A DNA stretch of 64,000 nucleotides from Candidatus Aenigmatarchaeota archaeon (GCA_038998335.1 JAVZHQ010000001.1:704001-768000), one strand, 5' to 3'. Positions 48,696 through 59,880 are shown, counted from the first letter of the stretch. Numbers and translations are program-made. Notes: generated by a model from the sequence alone, not told the origin.

Positions 48696-49025
48696 ATGGT
48701 AGTTAGCAAAAGAAAAGGCTACAGGGTTGAAAGAAAAATAAGAAAAATTTTTGAAAGTTATGGTTGGAAAGTAGTTAGAGCAGGAGGAAGTCTTGGAGAA
48801 GCAGACCTTATTTGCATAAAAAATAAAAAATGTATTTTACTTCAAATCAAGTCAACAAACAAAGGTGTTTTATACTATTATGGTTATTCTTCTGATAAGT
48901 TTGAGGGGTTTCCATTTTATTTAATAGTTGACTTTGGTTACGGAAAAATAAAAATAACAAAACCAAAAGAAAAGATTACTTTGGAAGATGGGAAAGATTT
49001 AGAAACTTTTTTAAAAAAATATTAA
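48696..49025 (+). CDS. hjc: archaeal Holliday junction resolvase
   Basis: KG...ER, GW.VVRAGGS.G..DLI, QIKST. Confidence 0.8.
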   Translation: MVVSKRKGYRVERKIRKIFESYGWKVVRAGGSLGEADLICIKNKKCILLQIKSTNKGVLYYYGYSSDKFEGFPFYLIVDFGYGKIKITKPKEKITLEDGKDLETFLKKY

Positions 49026-49060
49026 AATAGAGTAAGCTATAATATTAAAGGGAAGATTTT

Positions 49061-49609
49061 ATGCCTGTGTTAGTTAAGGACATAATGAGCAAGCCTGCAG
49101 TGACAATAGAAGAGAATAAATCAGCAAGGGTTGCAGGCGAGCTAATGAAAAAAAAGAGGAAAGGAGCCTTAGTAGTCGTGAAAAACGGAAAACCTGTAGG
49201 TATTGTAACAGATAGCGATTTAATAAGGAAGGTTGTAGCAAAAAACCTGAAGCCTTCTGAAGTTAAAGTTAAAGATATAATGTCTAAGCCTTTGGTAACA
49301 ATTAGCCCAGAGGAGAATATAATCGAAGCAAGCAGGAAAATGAAAAGAAGCAACATAAAAAGGTTGCCAGTAGTGGAAAATGGAAAAGTTGTTGGTGTGC
49401 TTTCCTTAACAGACATAGCAAAAACTTCTCCTGAAATGCTTGATTTGCTTGAATATAGGTTAAGAATGAGGGAAGAACCTTTTGGTATAAAAGAAAAATT
49501 TACTTCAGGGATTTGTGAAAATTGTGGGAATTATAGTGAGCATTTAACCGAAGTTAACGATCAATGGATTTGTGAAGATTGTAAGGATGAGCTGGAAAGC
49601 GAATATTAA
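49061..49609 (+). CDS. CBS-pair protein with C-terminal Zn ribbon
   Basis: two CBS repeats, GICENCG...WICEDC. Confidence 0.9.
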   Translation: MPVLVKDIMSKPAVTIEENKSARVAGELMKKKRKGALVVVKNGKPVGIVTDSDLIRKVVAKNLKPSEVKVKDIMSKPLVTISPEENIIEASRKMKRSNIKRLPVVENGKVVGVLSLTDIAKTSPEMLDLLEYRLRMREEPFGIKEKFTSGICENCGNYSEHLTEVNDQWICEDCKDELESEY

Positions 49610-49618
49610 AATGGTATT

Positions 49619-50089
49619 ATGCTTACTGATCAAATTAGAGAAATTCAAAAAGAAGTTCTGAATTTTAAAGAAGTACCGATAATAGTCGAAGGAAAAAAAG
49701 ATGAAGAAGCTATAAGAAAGCTTGGCTTTCAAAAAATTGTAAAAATTTCTGGAAAACCCTTGGAGAAAGTTTTTGAAGAAGTTAGCAATTACAAATCTGT
49801 GATTATTCTTTCAGATTTCGATGAGGAGGGTAAAAAAATTTTTGCAAAATTGAGGGAATTACTCTCTTCGCATAGAATAAAAGTTCACACCTTTTTAAGG
49901 AACAAGATTAAATCAACCCTCAAAATCAAAAAAATTGAGGAAATCAACTCTTTAATAAAATTTATGGAGGATGATTACTATGGCAAAACTTGCTCAATCT
50001 ACGATAAAATATTTAATAGAAGTAGAGTTTTCCTGCGACGGGATGGTGGAAAAACCAGACGTAATAGGGGCAATATTCGGGCAAACTGA
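49619..50089 (+). CDS. small TOPRIM domain protein (RNase M5/primase-like)
   Basis: IIVEGKKD, ILSDFDEEG; 3' end overlaps dnaG. Confidence 0.8.
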   Translation: MLTDQIREIQKEVLNFKEVPIIVEGKKDEEAIRKLGFQKIVKISGKPLEKVFEEVSNYKSVIILSDFDEEGKKIFAKLRELLSSHRIKVHTFLRNKIKSTLKIKKIEEINSLIKFMEDDYYGKTCSIYDKIFNRSRVFLRRDGGKTRRNRGNIRAN

Positions 50090-50843
50090 AGGTTTGCTTG
50101 GTCAAGATTTGGATTTAAGGGAATTGCAAAGAAGTGGAAGAATAGGAAGAATTGACGTTGAACTTAACGTGACTGAAGAAGGAAAAACTATTGGTAAGTT
50201 CTTCGTTCCTTCAAGTCTTGATTCATCAGAAACAGCTTTACTAGCAGCTTCTTTTGAGACTATAGAAAGAATTGGGCCATGCAACGCAAAGGTTAAAGTT
50301 AAAACAGTAAAGGATGTGAGAAATGCTAAAAGAGATTATGTTCTTAAAAGGGCGAATGAACTTTTAGAAAAACTTTTGAGCGAAGAGATTCCTTCAACTT
50401 CAAAGATTACTGAACTAATAAGGGAAAACGTGAGAGCTGCACAGATAACAGAATTTCAAGGCTTGCCAGCAGGCCCTGATGTTCAAAATTCAGACGAAAT
50501 AATAATAGTCGAGGGAAGAGCAGATGTTGTTAACCTCTTGAAAAATGGGATTAAGAATGTTATCGCAATTGGAGGAGCAACGATACCTAAAACAATAATA
50601 GATTTGACAAAAGAAAAAGTGACAACTTTGTTTGTAGACGGTGATAGAGGAGGAGAACTAATAATCAAAGAGCTTCTTAACCTCGGTGAAATTGATTATA
50701 TAGCAAGGGCACCAGAAGGTAAGGAAGTGGAAGAACTAACAAAAAAAGAAATTTTTAAAGCTTTGAGAGAAAGGGTTTCTATCGAGCAGTATAAACCAGA
50801 AGTCAAAACTAAAGAGTTAACTGAATTTACCAAACAATTATAA
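49980..50843 (+). CDS. dnaG: archaeal DnaG (primase-like, exosome-associated), short form
   Basis: VEKPDVIGAIFGQTEGLLG..LDLRELQ.SGRIGRI, VEGRADV, DGDRGG, GKEVEEL. Confidence 0.93.
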   Translation: MAKLAQSTIKYLIEVEFSCDGMVEKPDVIGAIFGQTEGLLGQDLDLRELQRSGRIGRIDVELNVTEEGKTIGKFFVPSSLDSSETALLAASFETIERIGPCNAKVKVKTVKDVRNAKRDYVLKRANELLEKLLSEEIPSTSKITELIRENVRAAQITEFQGLPAGPDVQNSDEIIIVEGRADVVNLLKNGIKNVIAIGGATIPKTIIDLTKEKVTTLFVDGDRGGELIIKELLNLGEIDYIARAPEGKEVEELTKKEIFKALRERVSIEQYKPEVKTKELTEFTKQL

Positions 50844-50888
50844 AAGCGTTACTTAAATTTAATAAATCAAAATAATTTTAGAAGAGAT

Positions 50889-51179
50889 ATGACCAAAGAA
50901 AATGAAAATGGGTACAAAGTTTTAATCTCAACCCTGATAAAATGTGAAGAAAAAATAGTAGGTAAAGTTGCTATTACTATAGCAAAAGAAATTGAAGGTT
51001 TAGAAATTGACAACAAGGGTAATGTGGTAAAAGTTGTTAATGGTGAAGAGGCATTTGATGCCCTTTACCAAGAGTATAAAAAATATGGTTTTGGACTTGT
51101 TACAGCTATAATAAAACCACACATAAAAGAAGTTTTGAAAAAATATCCAAACCTTAAAATCCCTGAAGAATTAAGGTAA
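50889..51179 (+). CDS. hypothetical protein
   Basis: 96-aa soluble ORF, typical composition. Confidence 0.65.
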   Translation: MTKENENGYKVLISTLIKCEEKIVGKVAITIAKEIEGLEIDNKGNVVKVVNGEEAFDALYQEYKKYGFGLVTAIIKPHIKEVLKKYPNLKIPEELR

Positions 51180-51227
51180 AAGTTAACTTTTAAGGTTGCT
51201 GAGTTTAATAATATTTAAGGAGTAGTT

Positions 51228-52112
51228 ATGCAAACGAAAGAAAAAGTTTTACTCATCTTAGGTTTACTTAACTTTTTGGTTTTTGTTCAAGGTTTGGCTT
51301 TAAAAATTCCTGATTACATTCGAAGTTTACCTTTTAGAATTCCTGAACAAAGGCCAGAGTTAATTTCAGCTATGGAAATGTTCACACCTTTTGAAGTCTC
51401 AATTCAACTTTTAGTATTTTTCTTTTTCTTCATTACACCAGGTTTTATATTTACTCTAGCTTTTTTCAAAGAGCTGACAAAATTGGAGAAAATTTTTCTA
51501 TCTTTTACAATTTCCACACTTATTTTCGGGATTTTTGATAATATTGGAGCTGGTATGCTAGGTCCTATGAATTATTATTCTATTTGTAGTACTACTTCTC
51601 TAATTTTTATAGTAGCTTTTTCTGTTTTAGGGCTCATTTTCTTGTATGTTAAAAAAATTGGTTTGGGAGGTAAGCTATTTAAACTAATTTTTATAGTCAC
51701 TTCAATTCTTTTCTTTTTATTACCTCTTTTAACCCTCAAAAACATTGAGTTTGGAACTTTGTTAAAGTTTGAAAAAACAATACCTTGGTGGTTTAACCCA
51801 CCCTGCATTTGTTCTGAAGTTAACTTTTTGGTTGGGGTTGGCAGTTTATTAATTGTTCTCTTTTTGTTGAATTTTGTGGTTAAACTTAAAAGGGAACTTA
51901 TCTTAATACCACTTTTACTTCTTTTGGGTTTTGTCTTCTTTTCTTCATCTAAGTTTTTAGACACTTACCATGGGATGCTTTCTTTTAGTTCACCAACCTT
52001 CTTAGTTTGGGTAGAAGATTTGGCTAATAAATCTGAGTTGTTAATGTTAATAAGTCTTTTAATCTTGCTTTTATTGAACCTGGAAATGTTGAGAGTGGTG
52101 AGAAAAATATGA
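51228..52112 (+). CDS. multi-pass membrane hypothetical protein
   Basis: AGGAG SD; about 8 hydrophobic segments; F.PGF motif reminiscent of DUF1616-type N-termini. Confidence 0.65.
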   Translation: MQTKEKVLLILGLLNFLVFVQGLALKIPDYIRSLPFRIPEQRPELISAMEMFTPFEVSIQLLVFFFFFITPGFIFTLAFFKELTKLEKIFLSFTISTLIFGIFDNIGAGMLGPMNYYSICSTTSLIFIVAFSVLGLIFLYVKKIGLGGKLFKLIFIVTSILFFLLPLLTLKNIEFGTLLKFEKTIPWWFNPPCICSEVNFLVGVGSLLIVLFLLNFVVKLKRELILIPLLLLLGFVFFSSSKFLDTYHGMLSFSSPTFLVWVEDLANKSELLMLISLLILLLLNLEMLRVVRKI

Positions 52113-52390
52113 TGGTAACGATAATAAACTTAGTTTTGGCGTTTCTTTTATCGATAGTTTCGTTTGTAAATCTTCTTATAGTAAAGAAGAAAACAAAAGA
52201 AATTCCACAAACTTGGAATTATTTGGCAATAGGTTTCTTCTTTTTATTTCTTTCTCAAATAGCTATTTTTTTCAGAACGCTTTACCAACAACCTGCTTAT
52301 TTCTTACAATTTTATAGCGAAGCCATCGCAATAGTTGGTGTATTCTTTGTATTGAGAGGGATTTTGATTTACCTTGGGAAATCAAGGTAG
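52109..52390 (+). CDS. small three-TM hypothetical protein
   Basis: ATGA overlap with the upstream gene; three hydrophobic segments. Confidence 0.6.
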   Translation: MMVTIINLVLAFLLSIVSFVNLLIVKKKTKEIPQTWNYLAIGFFFLFLSQIAIFFRTLYQQPAYFLQFYSEAIAIVGVFFVLRGILIYLGKSR

Positions 52391-52936
52391 TGCTTCTTTT
52401 ACAAAGCTACTCTCATGAATAATGGAATAAGTAGGGCCAGCTCTGTTTAATTCGCTTTTTATCAGTTGTATTCTATCTATTTTCATAGCCCCAACCCTTA
52501 GATTACTCATTTCTTTAATTTTTTTAATTACAAGCTCTCTTTCTTCGATTGTCTTTACTCGGCATAAGGTGATATGAGGTGGTTTAGAATCTCCACCTAT
52601 GTTTTTTACTACCATTTTTCTTAGACTTTCTATTTTTTCGTTCTCGTCTTTTACATCAAGAGCTATAACTCTCAAAAACCTCTCGTTTGGAATTAGTTTT
52701 ATTCCCTCAACAAAAACTTCAAATGGTTTGAAAGTTGAAGATAGCGTATCAAGAATCTTTTTTATCTTTTCCACTTCATTTTCTTTTATCTCTCCAAGAA
52801 AACTCAGACAAATATGAAGGTTATGTTCTTCAACAAACTTACACCTTATAGGCAACTTTTTTATTTCTTCCATAATCTTTTTTATGTTTTGGCGTAATTT
52901 TTCTGGAACCAATATGCCAACGAAGCATCTAACCAT
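52382..52936 (-). CDS. thpR: RNA 2',3'-cyclic phosphodiesterase (2H family, ThpR/LigT)
   Basis: R.FVGI, NLHICLSFLGE, PHITLCRVK, S.L...GPTY. Confidence 0.9.
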   Translation of the reverse strand: MVRCFVGILVPEKLRQNIKKIMEEIKKLPIRCKFVEEHNLHICLSFLGEIKENEVEKIKKILDTLSSTFKPFEVFVEGIKLIPNERFLRVIALDVKDENEKIESLRKMVVKNIGGDSKPPHITLCRVKTIEERELVIKKIKEMSNLRVGAMKIDRIQLIKSELNRAGPTYSIIHESSFVKEALP

Positions 52937-53001
52937 AATTTTTATCTATTGTGAAAGAATAAAAATAATAATTACCAATAATTTTATAGGTGGTTTTAAA
53001 A

Positions 53002-53268
53002 ATGGCAGAAGAAACAAGAATAAGGGCTGCTGATATTATTGGCAAGAATGTGGTAAGTGAAGAGACAGGAAGAAAGTTTGGAGTTGTGGCTAATGTTGAC
53101 TTTGTCACAGAAAGTGGGGAATTGCTTAACCTAGTTGTTGACGAACCAACAAAGTATCTTTTAGACATGAACCTTAAAACTGACGAAAAAGGAAGAGTTT
53201 TAATTCCTTTCAGCGCAGTAAAGTCAGTAGGAGATTTTGTCATAGTATCAGAAAGTGAACTAGTTTAA
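53002..53268 (+). CDS. PRC-barrel domain protein
   Basis: IIGKNVV...G.KFG.V, IPFSAVKSVGDFVIV. Confidence 0.9.
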   Translation: MAEETRIRAADIIGKNVVSEETGRKFGVVANVDFVTESGELLNLVVDEPTKYLLDMNLKTDEKGRVLIPFSAVKSVGDFVIVSESELV

Positions 53269-54254
53269 ACCCAAGTAACTTCAACCTCATCTATTCTCCA
53301 TTTTGGCTTAATTCTATCTTTAAAAGTAGGTTTCCATCCAGATTTATAAGCTAGTAAGCCTACCCAGCCAATCATAACCCCGTTATCCCCAGAGTATTTT
53401 TCTGGGACAACATAAAGCTTTGCTCCTCTTTCTTCGCACATTACCTTCATCATTTCTTGCAATCTTTTGTTTGCTGCAACTCCACCAACTAGTAAAACTT
53501 CTTCTTTCCCTGTATGGGCTAAAGCTCTTTCTGTTACTTCTGTTAGCATCGCAAAACAAGTCTCTTGAAGGGAATAGGCTAAATCTTCTTTCGATATCCC
53601 TTTTCTTAACAACTTAAGAGCTGCTGTTGCTATACCAGAAAAAGAAACATCCATTCCTTTAACAATGTAAGGCAATTCAACATAATGCTTTCCTTCTTTT
53701 GCTATTTTTTCTATTTCTGCTCCACCAGGCATGGGTAGCTTCATTTCCCTTGCAACAATATCTAAGCAATTTCCTAAGGGAATGTCTTGAGTTTCACCAA
53801 ATATTCTGTATTTTCCTTCAACAAAAGCGATTATTTGTGTGTTGCCTCCAGAAAGATAGACAAAAATAGGGTCTTTTGTTTTAGTTGTTAGTTTACCTAT
53901 CTCTAAATGCGCGCAACAATGGTTTACAGGTATTAAAGGTTTTTTACATTCTTTTGAAATTTTAACAGCAAAGTTTGCAGTAAAAGTTAAAGGAGGAGGA
54001 AGCCCTGGGCCTGCGGAATAGCTTACCAAATTTATTTTTTCCAAACTTAAACCAGAAATTTTCAATGCTTTTTCTAGAAGTTTCGCAGCAACTTTTTCGT
54101 GATGCTCTTTTGCTTCATTTGGAACTATACCTTTTCCAATCTTTGGTATGTAAGTATCTCTTTCATCAGCCAAAATATTTCCTTTTTCATCTATTATACC
54201 AACACCAAAAGTGTGGGCTGTTCCTTCGAAACCAAGGGAGATTTTCTCGAACAT
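53265..54254 (-). CDS. kae1: tRNA t6A biosynthesis protein Kae1 (KEOPS)
   Basis: EGTAHT, GPGL, NHCCAHLE, SGGNTQ, GET.DI, GGVAAN, DNGVMI. Confidence 0.95.
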   Translation of the reverse strand: MFEKISLGFEGTAHTFGVGIIDEKGNILADERDTYIPKIGKGIVPNEAKEHHEKVAAKLLEKALKISGLSLEKINLVSYSAGPGLPPPLTFTANFAVKISKECKKPLIPVNHCCAHLEIGKLTTKTKDPIFVYLSGGNTQIIAFVEGKYRIFGETQDIPLGNCLDIVAREMKLPMPGGAEIEKIAKEGKHYVELPYIVKGMDVSFSGIATAALKLLRKGISKEDLAYSLQETCFAMLTEVTERALAHTGKEEVLLVGGVAANKRLQEMMKVMCEERGAKLYVVPEKYSGDNGVMIGWVGLLAYKSGWKPTFKDRIKPKWRIDEVEVTWV

Positions 54255-54333
54255 AATCAACAATTAACTTTTTTTAAATTGTTTTTATTAAAACTTAAAA
54301 AGAGTTTGTGTAACTTAAGATTAAAGTGTGTTT

Positions 54334-56493
54334 ATGAAAGACGAAGAAATTATAAAAAAAGTCTTGGAAGTTTCAAAGTTTGAAAAGCTTAATCCTGTGC
54401 AAGAGGAAGCTATAAAGAAAGGTTTGCTTAAGGGAAAAAATTTAGTAATATTTGCACCTACTGCAAGCGGAAAAACACTTTGTGCAGAACTTGCAGCTAT
54501 TAAAACAATACTTGAAAAAAGGGAAAAAGTTGTTTATATGGTTCCTTTGGTTGCCTTAGCAAACGAAAAGTATAAGGATTTTAAAGAAAAGTATTCTAAG
54601 CTTGGAATAAAAGTTGCTCTATCTGTTGGAGACTTAGACAGTTCTGACCCATGGCTTAAGAATTATGATTTAATTGTTGTTTCAAACGAAAAAATGGATA
54701 GTTTAATAAGGCATGGAGCTGATTGGATTGCAGAAGTTGGGTTAATAGTTGTTGATGAAATCCATCTCTTACAGCAAGCTGACAGAGGGCCAACTTTAGA
54801 AGTAGTTCTAACTCTTCTAAGAAAACTTATTCCAAACGCACAGATTATCGCTTTATCTGCCACGATAAAAAATGCAGAAGAATTAGCTGAATGGTTAAGC
54901 GCAGAAACCGTTATTTCTGAGTGGAGACCTGTAAAGCTTTATAAAGGGGTAAGCTTTCCCTATAGGATAAAGTTTTTGGAAAAAAGTGGTTATGAGTTAG
55001 ACTCTAGCTTACCTTTGGAAGCTTCAATCATAAAAAACACCTTAGAATCAAGGAAACAGGCTTTGTTTTTTGTTTCTACTAGAAAAAGTGCAGAAAGCTT
55101 GGCAGAAAAGTTAGGAAAAGTTGTGAGTCAATACCTAGGAAGAAAAGAGAAAGAAGATTTAGAGGATTTGGCAAGCCAAGTTGAAAGTGTGCTAGAGATT
55201 CCAACGCAGCAATGTAAAAAATTGGCAAGATGTATTGGGCAAGGAGTTGCCTTTCATCATGCCGGCCTTCTCTTCCAGCAAAAATCTTTGGTAGAGGAGA
55301 ATTTTAGAAAAGGTTTGATTAAGGTTATAGTTGCAACTCCAACCTTAGCTTATGGTGTCAATTTACCTAGCTGGCGTGTAATAATGAGGGATTTAAAGAG
55401 GTATCAACCAGGAATAGGTGCTGTTTTTGTTTCAGTTTTAGATGTTCAACAAATGCTTGGAAGGGCTGGAAGACCACAATACGATGATTTTGGTGAAGGC
55501 ATAATTTTGTCAAAAAGTGAAGAAGAGGCAGAAGAAATTATAGAATATTACATTTATGGTGAAGCAGAAGAAATTCAGTCGAAGCTTGCAGCAGAACCAG
55601 CTTTGAGGATGCACACTTTAGCTTTAATAGCAAACGAATTTTGCAAAACAGAAAAATCTTTGATAGAATTTTTTTCAGAGACTTTTTTTGCTTATCAGTA
55701 TGGGGAAGTTTCAATGATAAAGGAAAAAATTTTAGAAATTTTGAAATTACTCGAGGAATGGAAGTTTATCGAGAGAAAAAAAGAAAAACTTAGTGCTACA
55801 ACAATAGGAAGGAGGGTTTCTGAACTTTACATCGACCCTTTAACCGCAAACTATTTTATCCAATCTCTTAAAAAAGCAACAAAAAAAGAAGTTCAACCTT
55901 TCAGCTTTTTACAAGTTATTTGCAATACTCTGGAAATGAAACCTTTGCTAAACATAAGAACTGGCGAATTTTCAGAATTAAACGAAAAAATTGCTGAAAG
56001 GGAAAGTTTGTTTTTACAAAAAATACCAGAAGAATGGGATTTGGAGTTTGATGATTTTTTAAGAAGTGTTAAAACAGCTTTAATGTTTGAAGCTTGGATA
56101 AACGAAGCAAGCGAGGAAGAAATTTTAACAAAATTTAAAGTTGCACCAGGAGAATTTTACGGAAGAAGAGAAATAGCAGATTGGTTAATTTATTCTTTGC
56201 AGGAGCTTGCCCTTCTTCTAGGTTACAAAAAATTGCTTTTGCCCATAAGAAAGCTTAGGATTAGACTTGAGTACGGGGTAAAAGAAGAGCTTTTACCTTT
56301 GGTAAGACTTAAAGGAATAGGAAGGATAAGAGCAAGGAAATTGTTTAATTCTGGAATCAAAACTATTTCTGACTTGAAAAAAATTCCTTTGGAAAGTTTG
56401 GCTAGGCTTGTTGGAGAAAAAACAGCGTATAAGATTAAAGAACAGTTAGGGGAGATTAAGAAAAAAGAGGAAAGGCAAATTACTTTAAGATAA
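54334..56493 (+). CDS. hel308: Ski2-like DNA helicase Hel308/Hjm
   Basis: [29 protein letters not shown], Hh[10 protein letters not shown]. Confidence 0.93.
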   Translation: MKDEEIIKKVLEVSKFEKLNPVQEEAIKKGLLKGKNLVIFAPTASGKTLCAELAAIKTILEKREKVVYMVPLVALANEKYKDFKEKYSKLGIKVALSVGDLDSSDPWLKNYDLIVVSNEKMDSLIRHGADWIAEVGLIVVDEIHLLQQADRGPTLEVVLTLLRKLIPNAQIIALSATIKNAEELAEWLSAETVISEWRPVKLYKGVSFPYRIKFLEKSGYELDSSLPLEASIIKNTLESRKQALFFVSTRKSAESLAEKLGKVVSQYLGRKEKEDLEDLASQVESVLEIPTQQCKKLARCIGQGVAFHHAGLLFQQKSLVEENFRKGLIKVIVATPTLAYGVNLPSWRVIMRDLKRYQPGIGAVFVSVLDVQQMLGRAGRPQYDDFGEGIILSKSEEEAEEIIEYYIYGEAEEIQSKLAAEPALRMHTLALIANEFCKTEKSLIEFFSETFFAYQYGEVSMIKEKILEILKLLEEWKFIERKKEKLSATTIGRRVSELYIDPLTANYFIQSLKKATKKEVQPFSFLQVICNTLEMKPLLNIRTGEFSELNEKIAERESLFLQKIPEEWDLEFDDFLRSVKTALMFEAWINEASEEEILTKFKVAPGEFYGRREIADWLIYSLQELALLLGYKKLLLPIRKLRIRLEYGVKEELLPLVRLKGIGRIRARKLFNSGIKTISDLKKIPLESLARLVGEKTAYKIKEQLGEIKKKEERQITLR

Positions 56494-56531
56494 CTTTAAG
56501 AGTTTGTAACGCAACAAAATTTTGTGAGAAC

Positions 56532-57116
56532 ATGAAAAAAACAATCGAAAATCTTGCAAAGGCTTTTGTTGGTGAAAGCCAAGCAAGGAATCGTTACACT
56601 TTTTATTCAAAAGTTGCAAAGAAAGAAGGTTTTGAGCAGATAGCTGAGATTTTCTTAATTACAGCAGAAAACGAAAGAGAACATGCGAGCTGGCTTTTCA
56701 AGTTGATTAATGAGCTAAAGAAAAAATCAAAAGAGAAAATAGAAGAAATAAAAGTTGAAGCAAGTGTACCAACAACTCTTGGAAGCACAGCAGAAAATTT
56801 GAAAGCAGCGATAGCAGGAGAGAATTACGAGTACACGAAAATGTATCCTGAGTTTGCCGAAATTGCTGAAAAGGAAGGTCTAAAAGAAATTGCTAAAAGG
56901 TTGAGAGCAATAGCTATAGCAGAGAAACATCATGAAGAGAGATACAAAAAAATACTCGCAGAAGTGGAAAAAGGAACGGTTTTTAAGAAAGAAAAAGAAG
57001 TTTGGTGGGTTTGCAGAGAGTGCGGCTATGTACATTTCGGAAAAGAGCCTCCAGAAAGATGTCCTTCTTGCGACCATGAAAGAAGCTTTTATCAGTTAAA
57101 GTGTGAAGAGTATTAG
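56532..57116 (+). CDS. rbr: rubrerythrin
   Basis: [33 protein letters not shown]. Confidence 0.95.
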   Translation: MKKTIENLAKAFVGESQARNRYTFYSKVAKKEGFEQIAEIFLITAENEREHASWLFKLINELKKKSKEKIEEIKVEASVPTTLGSTAENLKAAIAGENYEYTKMYPEFAEIAEKEGLKEIAKRLRAIAIAEKHHEERYKKILAEVEKGTVFKKEKEVWWVCRECGYVHFGKEPPERCPSCDHERSFYQLKCEEY

Positions 57117-57124
57117 GGAAGAAA

Positions 57125-57499
57125 ATGACAAAACGAAAGCAAATTTATAGGTGCAATGTTTGCGGTAATATAGTTGAAGTTCTAGACGCAGGAGTTGGTC
57201 AATTAGTTTGTTGTGGTCAACCGATGGAATTGCTGGAGGAAAAAACAGAAGATGTTGGGAAGGAAAAGCACGTTCCAGTAATAGAAAAAACAGAAAAGGG
57301 AATAAAAGTGAAAGTTGGCTCAGTACCACATCCTATGGAAGATTCTCATTACATAGAATGGATAGAGTTAATTGTAGGCGGGAAATATTGCAGAAAATTC
57401 TTAAGACCAGGAGAAAAGCCAGAAGCAGAATTTGAAGTAAAAGCAGAAAAGGTTGAGGCAAGGGAATACTGCAACATTCATGGCCTTTGGAAAGCCTGA
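57125..57499 (+). CDS. dfx: desulfoferrodoxin (2Fe superoxide reductase)
   Basis: CNVCGN..CCGQPM, EKHVP, HPM..HYIEWI, CNIHGLW. Confidence 0.95.
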   Translation: MTKRKQIYRCNVCGNIVEVLDAGVGQLVCCGQPMELLEEKTEDVGKEKHVPVIEKTEKGIKVKVGSVPHPMEDSHYIEWIELIVGGKYCRKFLRPGEKPEAEFEVKAEKVEAREYCNIHGLWKA

Positions 57500-57611
57500 A
57501 TTATTTATACAACAAGATAGAAGATTAAGTAGAGAAAAATTTAAATATTCTTTAGTTTCTTTTTTAAATACCAGATGACCTTTTCTTTTTTTTGGGATTT
57601 AAGAAAGAAAG

Positions 57612-58370
57612 GTGGAAAGTATAAGCGAGAACTACTATATAGTTGAAGGAAACTATCAGTTTATGACCGAAGAGGATGTAAGAAATGGAAATTACAAACT
57701 CAAAAAACTAAAAATTGGACCTTTTTTCATAGTTACAGAAGAAGGTTACAAAGGTTTAACAAAAGTAGGAAAAATACCAAGAGTTGTATCTAGGTTTACA
57801 AAAAATTTGTACAAAGAACTTAACCTTTCTAGTAGCTATAATTCTATCGAAGAAATAATTAAAGAGATAGGGAAAAACAATGTCTCACAAAAAAATGTTG
57901 AAGAAAGAAACAAACTTCTTTACAAGTTAATTCTTGAGAGTAACTTACAAACATGGAGAAAGGCTTTTGGAATTTTTCCTATCTTATACAAATCAGAAGA
58001 TTCTTACCAAATTTTTTCATTTTTAACAAGCGTGCTTGAGAAAAAAGGCTTGTTTGAAACCTTCTCTTTAATAGCAGATGAGGAGAGTTTTCCGCATGAT
58101 AAACTCGATTTTCAGCGCAAACAACATGCTTATCTTCTAAACGAGAAGTATAGGTTTATTAACTTAAGTAAAGATGAAAAAGGAAGAACTGTTTGGGTTC
58201 CTAATAGGTTTGATTCTTTCTTTTCCTTTAACAGAAATCTGAAGAGAATTCTTGAAATTGAAAAAGCACCGGCAGAAATTTTAAAAATTGTGGAAATGTG
58301 GGAAAAAATCCTATTTGAAGAGAAAAGGAAAATAGAAGAGTTTGAATTGAGGTTTGCACTTAAAACTTAA
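57612..58370 (+). CDS. hypothetical protein
   Basis: 252-aa ORF, no recognisable motif; start uncertain. Confidence 0.6.
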   Translation: MESISENYYIVEGNYQFMTEEDVRNGNYKLKKLKIGPFFIVTEEGYKGLTKVGKIPRVVSRFTKNLYKELNLSSSYNSIEEIIKEIGKNNVSQKNVEERNKLLYKLILESNLQTWRKAFGIFPILYKSEDSYQIFSFLTSVLEKKGLFETFSLIADEESFPHDKLDFQRKQHAYLLNEKYRFINLSKDEKGRTVWVPNRFDSFFSFNRNLKRILEIEKAPAEILKIVEMWEKILFEEKRKIEEFELRFALKT

Positions 58371-59140
58371 AACATCTTTGCAAATTTCCCAGTTTTTCTT
58401 GAGTAATCAAACCCAAATTTATAGGTTAAAATACTTATGAAAAAATAAATAAGACCAACAACAACAGAAAAAACCATTTCTTGAAAGTATGGTTTGCTTA
58501 ACAAAAGATTCCTTAAACTTTCAAAAAGATTACCATAAGGCATTATTCTTGCTAAAACTTGCGCTTGATAAGGCAAAATTTTTAGCGGTGATAGAGGGAA
58601 AGAAAGAAGTATAAAAAACTGAAGGCTTGCCCAAGCAAGCCATGCGTAATCTCTTCCTAAAATAAAGTATAAACCTGCTATTAGGATTGCTAGTGTAACC
58701 GAAAGAAACACTGTTAAAACAATAAAAGGTATTATCTCCAAACTTATTTGTGCCAGGTTAAAGAAGAATAGATTAGTTACCAAAAGCATGAAAAATAGGT
58801 TTAAGGAAGAAATTAACAAACTAAAAATTATTCTTCCAAGCAAGTATTCCCACTTTCCAACTCCTGTTATAAATATATGGTGAGCCTCACTATGCCAAGC
58901 ATCTTCATTAATACTCAAGTTTATCGTTGATTGAACCACATAAGCATAACTCCAGAAGACGTTTATAACCAAAACAATCTTTCCTGCTTCACTCGCAAAT
59001 TCTCCTGTCCAAATAGCAAAAAGACCCCAGATTATTATTGAAGTTATGGGGAAATAGAAAAGCTCAAGCCATCTCCATCTAGATTTGATGAAAATTAAAT
59101 AGTCTCTATAAACTAGTGCCTTTAACCTTGAAAATTTCAT
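58367..59140 (-). CDS. ABC-2 type transporter permease
   Basis: six TM helices, LP..AQ.LA..MP motif, coupled to the ABC ATPase. Confidence 0.85.
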   Translation of the reverse strand: MKFSRLKALVYRDYLIFIKSRWRWLELFYFPITSIIIWGLFAIWTGEFASEAGKIVLVINVFWSYAYVVQSTINLSINEDAWHSEAHHIFITGVGKWEYLLGRIIFSLLISSLNLFFMLLVTNLFFFNLAQISLEIIPFIVLTVFLSVTLAILIAGLYFILGRDYAWLAWASLQFFILLSFPLSPLKILPYQAQVLARIMPYGNLFESLRNLLLSKPYFQEMVFSVVVGLIYFFISILTYKFGFDYSRKTGKFAKMF

Positions 59141-59838
59141 CCTCCCAACCTCAACCAATAATTTTCTAAGGTTTTGTACTTTTTCAAAAGTTTACTTTTT
59201 TCTTCAACTTCCAAGATTTTTCCATCTTTTATAAAAGCTATTTTATTTGCTAATCTTTCAACCTCAACCATATCATGACTTGCAAAAAATATTGTAGTTC
59301 CATTCCTGTTTAACTCTTTTAAAAATGTGTGAATTTCTCTTTTGGTTTTTGGGTCAAGACCAAATGTAGGTTCATCTAGAATTAAAACCTTAGGTTTATT
59401 TAGTAAAGCCTTTGCTAGAGCAACTTTTGATAGTTCTCCTGTCGAAAGTTCCCACCCTTCACTTTCCCTTAAATAAGAAATTCTAAAATCTTTCAAAATT
59501 TTTTCGACTCTTCTTTGTTCAACCCCATAAAGTTTTGCGTAACAATTAAGAAAGTCTTTAACCTTAAGATGGGATGATGGTTTTTCGGCAGGTACATAGT
59601 TAACAATTTGAAGAATCTCTTTATCCTTGAATGGGTTTTTGCCAAGGATTTTTATTTCCCCCTTATCAGGAATGATAATTGTTAAGAGAATGTTAATGAG
59701 AGTGGTTTTCCCAGAACCATTCGGCCCAAGAAGCGCAAAGAATTCTCCTTCCTCTACTTCAAGATTAATGTTTTTGAGAGAGAAACTTTCTTCTCCCTTA
59801 AAGGTTTTGTACAAATCTCTTATTTCTAGAGCTTTCAT
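59137..59838 (-). CDS. ABC transporter ATP-binding protein
   Basis: GPNGSGKTT, LSTGE, LILDEPT.GLD, SHDM. Confidence 0.93.
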   Translation of the reverse strand: MKALEIRDLYKTFKGEESFSLKNINLEVEEGEFFALLGPNGSGKTTLINILLTIIIPDKGEIKILGKNPFKDKEILQIVNYVPAEKPSSHLKVKDFLNCYAKLYGVEQRRVEKILKDFRISYLRESEGWELSTGELSKVALAKALLNKPKVLILDEPTFGLDPKTKREIHTFLKELNRNGTTIFFASHDMVEVERLANKIAFIKDGKILEVEEKSKLLKKYKTLENYWLRLGG

Positions 59839-59880
59839 ACTTTTTAAATTGTTAACTAATAAATTAGAAGATTTTTTTGA

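Noticed and set aside
52382-52936. Inactive ThpR because the first motif is HIC rather than HxT
   Set aside because: Both catalytic histidines are present and Cys is a conservative change
56503-56518. TTTGT-N6-ACAAA palindrome upstream of rubrerythrin as a redox operator
   Set aside because: 5-bp AT-rich arms are expected by chance in this composition
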